DNA of 64,000 nt from contig SSFW01000048.1 of NCBI GenBank assembly GCA_008015595.1, forward strand, positions 363-64,362, written 5' to 3'. The stretch comes from Nitrosomonas sp. GTDB lineage: Bacteria; Pseudomonadota; Gammaproteobacteria; Burkholderiales; Nitrosomonadaceae. Positions 53,034-62,793 of the stretch are shown here, in pieces; position 1 is the first letter of the stretch; each line of letters begins with the position of its first letter. A model generated the notes under the pieces. It was not told the origin of the DNA, did not search any database, and saw only the letters and a program-made list of their open reading frames with translations. The translations under genes and the position numbers were made by a program.

Positions 53034-56000
53034 TTAGAGATAATTGACCGCTTTTTTATGATGATCTCTAGGGAAATTGGCTTCTGGGCGACCTAAGTAA
53101 TAACCCTGTGCAAGGTCGACCCCAAGATTTTTGACCATGCTCAAGGTTGCAGCATCTTCAACAAATTCAGCCACAGTGATTTTACCTAATCCACGTGCTA
53201 CTTCTACCATGGCTTTGACAAATATTTGATTATCACGATTATTCGGAAGATCACGAATAAATAAGCCATCGATTTTTAATACTTCCACACCAAGATATTT
53301 GAGATAACCAAAGGTAGAAAATCCACTCCCAAAATCATCCAAGCAAACACGGCAACCTGTTTGATGAACTGCCTCAATGAAACGTTGTGCATCTTGGACG
53401 TCAGAAACTGCAGCTGTTTCTGTTAACTCGATAATCAAACGTTTAGGGTCGACATGATATTCATTTAATAGATTACTAATGTAATTCGGTATAGCAGGAT
53501 CATCAAAGGTTCGACCAGAAATATTGATTGCAACGGGCGGCATATTGGGGTTTTGGTGGAGCAACTCAATACTACGTTTTATTACCCAACGATCAATATT
53601 GACGATTTGCCCATTTTTCTCAGCAACTGGGATAAATTGTCCCGGCATAATGAGCTGATCAGGTTTATTTTTATCGCGCATTCTAACGAGAATTTCTAGG
53701 TGTTCTAAATTACTCTGGGTTGTTTCGTAAACACCTTGAAAATGAATTTCAAACAAGTTTTGTTCAAGCGCTTGTATGATTCGGTTATACCACGTTAACC
53801 GATTCATCATCATTTCTGACGAATCACGCATTGGATCATAGAGTGCCCAGGTATTTTTTCCATGATTTTTAGCCTGATACATTGCAGCATCTGCGTGGGC
53901 AATCAAATCTTCAGCCGTTTCTCCATGGATGGGAAAGATTGCGACTCCAACGCTGGTGGTGAGGCGTATATTCGTATCACGAAAATGGATTGGGATAGAA
54001 GCAATAGCATTGACAATGCGAGAAGGTAACGCGCTGATATCATCACCAGATTTTAGTGGACTCAAGATCGCGAATTCATCCCCTCCGAGCCGTGAAAAAA
54101 TTTCCGTTTGCCGAACGATGCTAGAAATTTCTCCAGACGTACGAGTTAAAACGGTATCTCCGGCTTTATGGCCAAACGTATCATTGATATATTTAAAATC
54201 ATCGAGATCGAAATAAAGTAGTGCAAATTGATTCTGATTGCGTAAGGAAGTGGCAATCATATTATCAAGTTCTTCTTGGAAGCGATGACGGTTATGTAAT
54301 CCAGTCAGTGGGTCTCGTTCCGCAAGATACAGAAGTTGTTGGGCAGTTTGTCTTTCTTGCGTGATATCTTCATAAATCCAGAGGCGTCCGATGAGTTTAT
54401 GTTCTGCATCATTGACTGGATAGGATGACTGAGTCAGAATTCTGCCATTATTCAGTTCCAATTCTGATAACTTAGTAATTTCATCTGAATTAAGTAGGTT
54501 TAATAAATATTTTGAGGCATGCGCTGGTTTTGAGAATATCTCATTAGATCGTTCTACAAGCGTTTGAATGGGTTTATTCAATAAATGGTCCTGTTCATTG
54601 ATATTCCACATTCGCGTAAAAGTAGGATTGATGTATTCGATTCGTCGATCGGTGTCTTCAAATAAAATACCGATATTCATCGCAGAAAGTAAGGCACCTA
54701 ATCGACTTTGTTCACGCTCTGCTAACGTTCGTAATTCGCGCTGAAATCTTTCGGAATTACGCAATTCTTCCAAAGCTGTATTTAATTTTTCCTCGGCTTG
54801 CCGCTGGTGTGTGATATCAAGCATGACACCTTGGAGTAGCACAGGCTTACCCATCGCATCTTTCAACCAAACTGCATCATCTCTTACCCAAGTGAGGCTG
54901 CCATCTTTTTTGTAGATGCGATATTCTGAATAATAAGGCGATCCCGTTGTTAAACTGACGGATAAACCTGACAATATTTGCTTGCGATCTTCAGGGTGAA
55001 TTTGATTTAACCATAGTTGTGGATTCGCTAACCATTCCTCGACACTAAACCCTAGTTGGGTTTCAAGCTGTGGACTGACATAGACAGTATGTATTTCTGG
55101 ATCGATAGCGATTGTGTAGGTTACTGCTGGAATCTGCTCAATCAAGGCGCGGTATTTTGATTCGATATGGAGTCGATCCGTAATATCACGAGCACAACCT
55201 AATATCGCGGTAATATGTCCTTGCATATTACGCAGCGGGATTTTAATCGTATCAAACCAGCGGAGTTCACCATTGGCCAATAGTGCTTGGTCTGCTGGAT
55301 TATGCACGGTTCTGCCTGAGAAAGCTTCGTTATCATCGACATGAAATCCCCGAATGTTTCGGGCTGAATCACCATAACATTGATAGTCAGGCCAAAAATC
55401 TGTATCAGGTTTGCCTAGCATTGCTGTTGGTTCTAACCCTTGGCTGGTAGCTAATGACTGATTCACAAGTAGAAAACGATGCTGCTTGTCTTTTACAGAA
55501 ATCATATCGGGAGAAGCATCAATGACCGTGCGGAGTAAATTCTTGGCTTGAGTGATTTCTTCAATTGCTTGCTTACGCTCGCTGATATCTTGAATGGTTC
55601 CAACGGCTTTGATAGGAACACTATTACTATCCAGTGTCGTAATTTCGGCTCTGACTCTGACCCATTTTGTCCGTGCATTGAGTTTAAAACGGAACTCAAT
55701 ATCGTAAGGGTCTCCTTTTAGGAACGATTGCCAAGCCAGATTAACGTTTTCTCGATCTTCTGGGAGTACATGCGCTAAAAAACTACTAAAACTGAAAGGT
55801 GCTTGCCTTCCGGCGCCGAATATTCGAAAGGCTTCCTTAGACAAGGTAAGGACATCCTGTATCAGATCGAAATGCCAACTCCCTAATTTTGCGATGATTT
55901 GTGTGCGATGCAGTGCCTCTTCATTTTGTTGAAGTACCAGTTCTTTTGCTTTAAAGTCACTAATATCGGTATGCGTGCCTAGCATCCGCAGCGGATGCCC

Positions 56001-57233
56001 TTGATCATCCCATTCTACTACCTTGCCTAGCGATAGAATCCATTTCCATTCCCCAGTTCGGGTAAGTTGGCGGAATTCCACTTCATAATTGCTTTTTACA
56101 CTATTAATATAATCTTTATAAATTTGATAGGTACGCTCGCGATCCTCTGGGTGCATCCGTTCAAGCCATTTTTCGGTGGTTTCCTGAAATGAGTTAGGAT
56201 CATGACCGAGCATACGTACATATTCTGGACTAACGATCGCTTGATCGGTTTGAATATTTAAGTCATATAACCCTTGATTAGCTGCTTCAAGCGCTAATCT
56301 AAGGCGCGATTCACTATCCCGCAAATTTTGTTCAACCTGTTTTCGTGATGATTGAATGCTTATCATCATGAATGAGATGAGCGAAGTGGTTGTGATAAAC
56401 ACACATAACAGGAATTGATCGGTATAGAAATTTCCTTCTGAGAAGGGTCCAAGCCCTTGCGAGGTGCCTATGGTGGCTAATGATGAGATAACGATAACTG
56501 CTATTGTCACTGCCATTGAATTAAAGCGAAGCCCAATCCACAATAAAGGAAGGTATACAATATAAGGGATAGCCGATGTGATCGCATTAAGTGGGGTAAA
56601 TCCGATGAAAACGATCCAAGATAATCCTATACAACTACTAATTGCTAAAATGAATTCCCATCTAGTTGTTAAGTTGAGTAGGAAGTTTTTGATGGATTGA
56701 GTTGACCAAAAAAAGAATGGGGGAGCAAAAACTAGGATACCAATCATATCCCCAGACCACCACCCTAACCATGCTAACTGAAGTTGCTCAATGAGTATCT
56801 TGTCATTGAGATAGAGTATCAGCGTGCCAAAACTAGCTGTGAGCGCTGAAGTTCCAGCGCTGATAATAAGAAAGCGAATAATATTTTGTTTATTAGAAAA
56901 GTGAGTAGGAAAACCTGCTATTTTTCGAAGAATATAAGCACCGGCCAATGGGCCCAGTGTATTACCTAATGAAACACCTAAAGCGGTAGGCAAAGCTAAT
57001 TCACCAATCGTTAATGTGATAACCAATGAGCCAAGAAGGATGCCAGGGCAAAGCGCTAATCCCCATAATGTTAATACTGCCAAAGCAATTCCAGCAGGTG
57101 GCCAAAATAGGGTGATATTTGAGCCAATGTACGGTATGCTCAAGCCCAGCATTGCTCCAACGTAATAAGCGAATGCTAAGGAAACTATTCCCAGAGCCAA
57201 TGAAACCGAGAAAAAGGTTGATTGTTGTATCAT
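53034..57233 (-). CDS. MASE1-multi-PAS-GGDEF-EAL c-di-GMP signalling protein
   Basis: FWPPAG and WWSGD (MASE1), several PAS/PAC repeats, RLGGDEF, EIL variant of EAL, ELTE, DDFGSG, KID, QGY. Confidence 0.93.
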   Translation of the reverse strand: MIQQSTFFSVSLALGIVSLAFAYYVGAMLGLSIPYIGSNITLFWPPAGIALAVLTLWGLALCPGILLGSLVITLTIGELALPTALGVSLGNTLGPLAGAYILRKIAGFPTHFSNKQNIIRFLIISAGTSALTASFGTLILYLNDKILIEQLQLAWLGWWSGDMIGILVFAPPFFFWSTQSIKNFLLNLTTRWEFILAISSCIGLSWIVFIGFTPLNAITSAIPYIVYLPLLWIGLRFNSMAVTIAVIVISSLATIGTSQGLGPFSEGNFYTDQFLLCVFITTTSLISFMMISIQSSRKQVEQNLRDSESRLRLALEAANQGLYDLNIQTDQAIVSPEYVRMLGHDPNSFQETTEKWLERMHPEDRERTYQIYKDYINSVKSNYEVEFRQLTRTGEWKWILSLGKVVEWDDQGHPLRMLGTHTDISDFKAKELVLQQNEEALHRTQIIAKLGSWHFDLIQDVLTLSKEAFRIFGAGRQAPFSFSSFLAHVLPEDRENVNLAWQSFLKGDPYDIEFRFKLNARTKWVRVRAEITTLDSNSVPIKAVGTIQDISERKQAIEEITQAKNLLRTVIDASPDMISVKDKQHRFLLVNQSLATSQGLEPTAMLGKPDTDFWPDYQCYGDSARNIRGFHVDDNEAFSGRTVHNPADQALLANGELRWFDTIKIPLRNMQGHITAILGCARDITDRLHIESKYRALIEQIPAVTYTIAIDPEIHTVYVSPQLETQLGFSVEEWLANPQLWLNQIHPEDRKQILSGLSVSLTTGSPYYSEYRIYKKDGSLTWVRDDAVWLKDAMGKPVLLQGVMLDITHQRQAEEKLNTALEELRNSERFQRELRTLAEREQSRLGALLSAMNIGILFEDTDRRIEYINPTFTRMWNINEQDHLLNKPIQTLVERSNEIFSKPAHASKYLLNLLNSDEITKLSELELNNGRILTQSSYPVNDAEHKLIGRLWIYEDITQERQTAQQLLYLAERDPLTGLHNRHRFQEELDNMIATSLRNQNQFALLYFDLDDFKYINDTFGHKAGDTVLTRTSGEISSIVRQTEIFSRLGGDEFAILSPLKSGDDISALPSRIVNAIASIPIHFRDTNIRLTTSVGVAIFPIHGETAEDLIAHADAAMYQAKNHGKNTWALYDPMRDSSEMMMNRLTWYNRIIQALEQNLFEIHFQGVYETTQSNLEHLEILVRMRDKNKPDQLIMPGQFIPVAEKNGQIVNIDRWVIKRSIELLHQNPNMPPVAINISGRTFDDPAIPNYISNLLNEYHVDPKRLIIELTETAAVSDVQDAQRFIEAVHQTGCRVCLDDFGSGFSTFGYLKYLGVEVLKIDGLFIRDLPNNRDNQIFVKAMVEVARGLGKITVAEFVEDAATLSMVKNLGVDLAQGYYLGRPEANFPRDHHKKAVNYL

Positions 57234-57535
57234 GAATGATTAAGCATATTCGGTAAAGAAAATCTACTGAGTTGGCTAAATAGGGTTTTGACTAGCTGCA
57301 TTTTCATCGATAGTTGGATGAGCATAGCATTCAATTAGTGCTATGTTTAACTTTAAAATAGATGGGTTTCATATCATTATTCTAATTTTTATTTAATAAA
57401 AACCTTAGAACTAACCTATCAAGTAGATCAATAATTTAGCTAAGATTTAAGAACGAGTAAAATAAAGTATTAAATCTAATTCATTCTGAGTTTCAATATA
57501 AAATTGTCAGAAGACTTATATGAAAGGGGTAACGC

Positions 57536-58513
57536 ATGTCAAATTGGTTTAAGGATAACTCAAGGTCAATTGGCCGAACACCACTTGTTCAACTGAATCG
57601 AGTTACTGATGGTGCGCAGGCAACGGTACTCGCAAAAATTGAAGGGCGTAACCCAGCCTATTCTGTAAAGTGTCGAATCGGGGTGGCAATGGTTGATGAT
57701 GCAGAACAGAGGGGGTTGTTGGGCCCTGGAAAAGAAATCGTCGAACCAACCAGTGGAAATACAGGCATCGCTTTGGCATTTGTCGCTGCTGCAAGAGGGA
57801 TTCCACTTACGTTAACGATGCCAGAAACGATGAGTATTGAGCGTCGTAAACTATTAGTCGCTTTTGGAGCAAAACTGGTACTCACTGAGGGTTCAAAGGG
57901 GATGAATGGTGCAATTGCAAAAGCAAATGAAATCGTGGAATCAGAAGCAGGTCGATATGTTCTGCTACAACAATTTAAGAATGCTGCAAATCCTGCGATA
58001 CACGAGCTGACAACGGGACCTGAAATTTGGAATGATACCAATGGCGCAATTGATATTTTTGTTGCAGGTATTGGAACAGGGGGAACGATGACCGGTGTAT
58101 CGCGATATATCAAACAGGCTAAAGGTAAACCTATTCTGTCAGTAGCAGTTGAGCCTTCAGCAAGCCCAGTGATTTCTCAGCGACGTGCAGGGGAACCTTT
58201 AACACCTGGTCCGCATAAAATTCAAGGAATCGGGGCAGGGTTTATTCCCGATAATCTGGATCTTTCTCTGGTAGATGCGGTAGAACAGGTGTCGAATGAA
58301 GAGGCAGTTATGTACGCACGCCGATTAGCTCGGGAAGAAGGGATTCTTTCTGGAATCTCTTGTGGCGCAGCTGTAGCCGCAGCGGTTAGGCAAGCGAAAC
58401 GAGCTGAAAATGCGGGCAAAACAATCGTAGTGATCCTGCCTGACTCGGGAGAGCGGTATTTGAGTAGCGTTCTTTTTGAAGGCATGTTTAATGAACAAGG
58501 ACTAAGCGCATAG
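57536..58513 (+). CDS. cysK: Cysteine synthase A
   Basis: [31 protein letters not shown]. Confidence 0.96.
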   Translation: MSNWFKDNSRSIGRTPLVQLNRVTDGAQATVLAKIEGRNPAYSVKCRIGVAMVDDAEQRGLLGPGKEIVEPTSGNTGIALAFVAAARGIPLTLTMPETMSIERRKLLVAFGAKLVLTEGSKGMNGAIAKANEIVESEAGRYVLLQQFKNAANPAIHELTTGPEIWNDTNGAIDIFVAGIGTGGTMTGVSRYIKQAKGKPILSVAVEPSASPVISQRRAGEPLTPGPHKIQGIGAGFIPDNLDLSLVDAVEQVSNEEAVMYARRLAREEGILSGISCGAAVAAAVRQAKRAENAGKTIVVILPDSGERYLSSVLFEGMFNEQGLSA

Positions 58514-59463
58514 TGACTAGTGTTAATAAGGTTAGCGATATTCAGCTTAAAAGCACTTACTTGGAAATCGATGAGATTGTCGATGCGCTGAGGGATTTAA
58601 GGATTGCCTCACTGGGGAATCGACAAGGTCATCTACGTCCTCCTAAATTACCATCCCGCAAGATTCTTATTAGTGTCGCTGAGGGACTCAATGCGGCCAT
58701 GTTCCCCAATCGTTTGGGTTCAGCAGATTTAGCGGATGAGGGGGTTGATCATTATGTCGGGCATACGCTCAATATGACTTTGCGCGCACTGCTGGTACAA
58801 ATTCAGCATGAGCTTCACTCTAATTCGGGGCTTGAAGCGCTCGGTGATATCGATCGTGAAAAATCAATCGCAATTACACAGGCCTTTGCTAAACGCTTGC
58901 CTGCCGTGAGAAATTTATTGGAAAGCGATATTGTGGCGGCTTATGAAGGTGATCCGGCCGCACGAAGTGTTGATGAAGTGCTGGCTTGCTACCCTGGGAT
59001 TATGGCCATTGCCTATTATCGATTGGCCCATGAATTACATCTGCTTGGGGTTCCACTCATTGCGCGTATGATTTCTGAAATTGCGCATTCGCAAACTGGG
59101 ATTGAAATTCATCCAGGTGCTCAAATAGGCCCAAGATTCTTTATCGACCATGGAACCGGAGTGGTAATCGGTGAAACGGCGATCATTGGCCAAAATGTGC
59201 GTCTTTATCAAGCGGTCACTTTAGGGGCTAAGCGATTTCCGGTTGATGAGAAAGGTGCTTTAGTCAAAGGCATTGCGCGCCACCCGATTGTTGAAGATGA
59301 TGTCGTAATCTATGCAGGTGCGACGATCTTGGGGCGTATCACGATTGGTAAGGGTTCTACTATCGGCGGGAATGTCTGGTTGACCCGTAGTGTTCCACCG
59401 GGGAGTAATGTGACTCAAGCACAAATGCGCTATGAGCTATTTGAAGGGGGAAGTGGGATTTAA
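58513..59463 (+). CDS. cysE: Serine O-acetyltransferase (EpsC/CysE type)
   Basis: AYEGDPAA, IHPGA, FFIDHGTG, RHP; C-terminal Ile (GSGI); TAGTG overlap with cysK. Confidence 0.9.
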   Translation: MTSVNKVSDIQLKSTYLEIDEIVDALRDLRIASLGNRQGHLRPPKLPSRKILISVAEGLNAAMFPNRLGSADLADEGVDHYVGHTLNMTLRALLVQIQHELHSNSGLEALGDIDREKSIAITQAFAKRLPAVRNLLESDIVAAYEGDPAARSVDEVLACYPGIMAIAYYRLAHELHLLGVPLIARMISEIAHSQTGIEIHPGAQIGPRFFIDHGTGVVIGETAIIGQNVRLYQAVTLGAKRFPVDEKGALVKGIARHPIVEDDVVIYAGATILGRITIGKGSTIGGNVWLTRSVPPGSNVTQAQMRYELFEGGSGI

Positions 59464-59486
59464 TATCATTTTGCTAAGGAGAAATT

Positions 59487-59897
59487 GTGGTTAGTACCAA
59501 AAATTTTTTGACGCTAGAAGATGCAAAGCTTGTTGCAGCCGCAGCTGAAGCGGAGGCGTTACGCAATAATTGGCCAGTTGTTATCGCAATAGTCGATGAA
59601 GGTGGGCATTTAATATACTTGCAGCGACTTGATAATACTCAAATTGGGAGTGTTGATGTTGCCATCCAAAAAGCACGTTCGGCGATTGCTTTTAGACGGC
59701 CAACTAAAATACTCGAAGAGCAGATCAATCAAGGGCACTTGCGATATCTAGGACTACCGGGGGCAATACCGATTGAAGGGGGACTACCCATAGTGTTTAA
59801 AGATCAATTCTTAGGGGCCATTGGTGTCAGTGGCGTTCGTTCACATCAAGATGCGCAGATTGCGCAAGCTGGTATCGATGCTTTATTACCCCAGTAA
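59487..59897 (+). CDS. GlcG/HbpS-family heme-binding protein
   Basis: IAIVDEGG, KARSA..F.RPT, GGLPI, GAIGVSG...QD. Confidence 0.9.
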   Translation: MVSTKNFLTLEDAKLVAAAAEAEALRNNWPVVIAIVDEGGHLIYLQRLDNTQIGSVDVAIQKARSAIAFRRPTKILEEQINQGHLRYLGLPGAIPIEGGLPIVFKDQFLGAIGVSGVRSHQDAQIAQAGIDALLPQ

Positions 59898-59900
59898 AAC

Positions 59901-60860
59901 TTACTTGAAAGCTAACGCAAATGTTTGAATTAACTCTCCGAGACTGGATTCAGGGAGTTTATTAATTCCAGCTGCGGCTTCTCGTCCACCCCCACCAGGA
60001 TAGCGTCTACAAAATGCCGATGCGCCATAAGGATGATCTTTTGCTGCACGGACACTAACTGTGTATGAGTTTTCGCCATCAGGACAGATGATCAAATGGG
60101 CGCGAGCAGGAAAATCCTGTGAAAGGTCATTGGCCCAAACCCCTACCGCACGACGGGCCCAAGCTGTATCAGGTAATCGATAAACGGCTGCTGTGGATGT
60201 GGCAATTTCGGCAATCATCATTTTGGCGTGTTCCATATCTTCTGTATAACCAGTAACCAAAGTAGCGATTTCCGGTGCTTCATCGTAAGCTTCTCTGGGA
60301 TCTTGGAATTGCTTTAGTGCTTGGTAAAGTCTGGCAGGATGAAAATGCAAATCATCGATCTGCGTTCCATATCCATTGTAGTTGATCAACTCGCCCAACT
60401 GGTGCAGTTTTTGTGTATCAATTGAATTAAGATGCGCCATAACGCAGCGTTGCTCAGCAATCTGAACTAGGTTATCGCCAAACGCAGCGGTAATCGCCCA
60501 TAATGAATACTGCCTATTGAGATAACGATCAACGAGTAGGCTGGTGCAAGTATCCGGGGATTCATCAATCACTGTATTTAAATAGCTGCTTTGAGGTATC
60601 TGCCCCGCATAGTGATGATCAAAATAGGTAATATGTGCACCCACAGAAATTAATCGATCCAAATCACTGCGGTTACGATCCAGCGAAATATCAAGCACTG
60701 TGATTTGATCTCCTGAGCTAGCTTCAACTTTCTGGAGTAAAGCAATATCGCGTTTGACACCCGTTATGAGCTGTGACTCAACAGGGTTAACCAAGCGCAA
60801 TTGTATTAACGCGCAAATACCATCGGCGTCTCCATTGAAGATGTCAAAGTATTGAATCAT
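59901..60860 (-). CDS. DHH-family phosphoesterase
   Basis: FNGDADG, VLDIS, YFDHH, GGGREAAAG. Confidence 0.85.
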   Translation of the reverse strand: MIQYFDIFNGDADGICALIQLRLVNPVESQLITGVKRDIALLQKVEASSGDQITVLDISLDRNRSDLDRLISVGAHITYFDHHYAGQIPQSSYLNTVIDESPDTCTSLLVDRYLNRQYSLWAITAAFGDNLVQIAEQRCVMAHLNSIDTQKLHQLGELINYNGYGTQIDDLHFHPARLYQALKQFQDPREAYDEAPEIATLVTGYTEDMEHAKMMIAEIATSTAAVYRLPDTAWARRAVGVWANDLSQDFPARAHLIICPDGENSYTVSVRAAKDHPYGASAFCRRYPGGGGREAAAGINKLPESSLGELIQTFALAFK

Positions 60861-60904
60861 GAAATGAGTAAATTTCTTAAAAAGTTTGCAGTAAATAAGT
60901 GTGT

Positions 60905-61669
60905 TTATGATGTTCTTGATCTGCCAAATTTGGATCGGATAAAGTCACTACTTACTTCCCAAACAAAACTAATTAATTTGAGCTGCCGTTTAGCCCTCGT
61001 TGGTTGTTGAATTAGGCGATAAAACCACTCGAGATTAAGTCGTTGCATGAATCGTGGCGCTCGTTTAACGTTTCCAACGATTGTATCGAGCGTTCCACCG
61101 ACACCTTGACAAATACGTACTGTACTCAGTTGCTGTAAATATTTGTACATCCATTCTTCTTGCCGAGGGCTGCCCAAAGCAACAAACAAGATATCTGCCT
61201 TTGATTCATTAATTTGACTAATTAATTTATGCATATCTTCTTCAAAAATATATCCATTTGCCCGACCCACGATCTGTAGTGATGGATAAATAGTATTTAG
61301 GCGTTCAACAGCGCCACGATTGATTTCTTCTTTGGCGCCATAAATAAAAATACGGTATCCGTGCTTGCTGGCCAGTGCACAAATTTCTGTCATCAAATCA
61401 GCGCCAGGAACGCGAGTGGCAGCATGACCTTGTAAACGCATCGCCATAACAATTCCAATACCGTCCGGGATGAGAATTGTGGCTTTTGTAAAAAAATCTT
61501 TAAGAAATTGATTTTCTCGTAGCGCATAAACTTTTTCAGGATTGACTGCTAGTACAGTTCCAGGTTGCTTTGCTTCTTGAATATACTCATCAATTGACTG
61601 TAAAGCGAGCACCATATCGACACAGTCTACAGGGGTGCCAAGAATACTGGTACGTTTTATTTTATTCAT
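60905..61669 (-). CDS. WecB/TagA/CpsF-family glycosyltransferase
   Basis: VNPEK, PDGIG, RVPGADL, ALGSPRQE, GVGG..D, LEWFYR. Confidence 0.92.
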   Translation of the reverse strand: MNKIKRTSILGTPVDCVDMVLALQSIDEYIQEAKQPGTVLAVNPEKVYALRENQFLKDFFTKATILIPDGIGIVMAMRLQGHAATRVPGADLMTEICALASKHGYRIFIYGAKEEINRGAVERLNTIYPSLQIVGRANGYIFEEDMHKLISQINESKADILFVALGSPRQEEWMYKYLQQLSTVRICQGVGGTLDTIVGNVKRAPRFMQRLNLEWFYRLIQQPTRAKRQLKLISFVWEVSSDFIRSKFGRSRTS

Positions 61670-61687
61670 ATGCATCCTCATCCTTTG

Positions 61688-62776
61688 TTAAGATATGGCC
61701 AACATTGCTTTCCCGATTTCTTTACCAATTGTTTCTGCTTTGAATTTTTCGAGTACCCATTGCTGAGCATAGTCTCCCATAGCTTGTCTTTTGCTTGGAT
61801 GATTTACGAGCTCAATAATAGCTTGGGCTAATAGCCTAGATTCAGCTTGTTTTATTAGGATTCCACATGATTCATTTATTACAACATCAGGAATGGGGCC
61901 CCAATCGAGAGCAACGATAGGTAAACCATGTGCCATCGCTTCAATAAATCCCATACCAAAGGAATCATTACTGCTGGGTAAACAAAAAATATCAGCATTC
62001 TGCAGTAAGCTTAGCTTTTGCGTATTATCTACCCACCCAGTAAAATCTACACGATGTGACAATTGAAGCGCTTTCACGCGTGCTTTAATAGTAGGTAGTA
62101 AAACACCATCTCCTGCAATAATGAGGCGAACGCAATCGGGGAGATAGGGCAGCGCTTCAACTACTAACGCTACACCTTTTCCTTTCTCAATTCGTGTCAT
62201 TGTTAAGATATTTAGTTGTTTTATTTGTTCTGGGGTAGATTTAGGAATATGCGCTATTTGTTCCCATTTCTGATCTAAAGGGTTAGGGATGATAAAAAGG
62301 GGTTTTGTAGTACCAGATTTCATCATTAATTCTTTCCACCATGGCGTTAGTACGCATAAGCTAGATGCGGATAGAGCCATAATATTGAAAATTATTTTGC
62401 CGAGGGGTTTGTCAAGAAGTACTGCTACTTTTGCAGAATGAATTTGCATCGCGGCTGGACATCCATGCATTCGAGCAAAGAAAGCAATCGTTGTTTTACG
62501 AAAAAACGAAATAATACCGCCACCTACATGTATATATAACACAACCTTTTTCTCTGAAAGCTCTGCTGATCGAATTTCCTGAGAAATCAAGGTAAATGCT
62601 TTAAGCCAATAAAGCCATTTTCCCCCTTTAGCGGATGCATGATGTGTGGGAATAAACTTAAAAGATATATCAGCTTGTTTAAGCGCATAGAAATATCCCG
62701 GTAATGCATTGGCAATTCCCCCGCGTCCAGATTGAGGATCAGTACCGACTATCATGATATGGAGTTTATTAATCAC
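61688..62776 (-). CDS. GT4-family glycosyltransferase
   Basis: KG, GDG, FTGWV, LPS..DSFG..FIEAMAHGLP. Confidence 0.9.
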   Translation of the reverse strand: MINKLHIMIVGTDPQSGRGGIANALPGYFYALKQADISFKFIPTHHASAKGGKWLYWLKAFTLISQEIRSAELSEKKVVLYIHVGGGIISFFRKTTIAFFARMHGCPAAMQIHSAKVAVLLDKPLGKIIFNIMALSASSLCVLTPWWKELMMKSGTTKPLFIIPNPLDQKWEQIAHIPKSTPEQIKQLNILTMTRIEKGKGVALVVEALPYLPDCVRLIIAGDGVLLPTIKARVKALQLSHRVDFTGWVDNTQKLSLLQNADIFCLPSSNDSFGMGFIEAMAHGLPIVALDWGPIPDVVINESCGILIKQAESRLLAQAIIELVNHPSKRQAMGDYAQQWVLEKFKAETIGKEIGKAMLAIS

Positions 62777-62793
62777 TAGTTTAAATAAACCCC

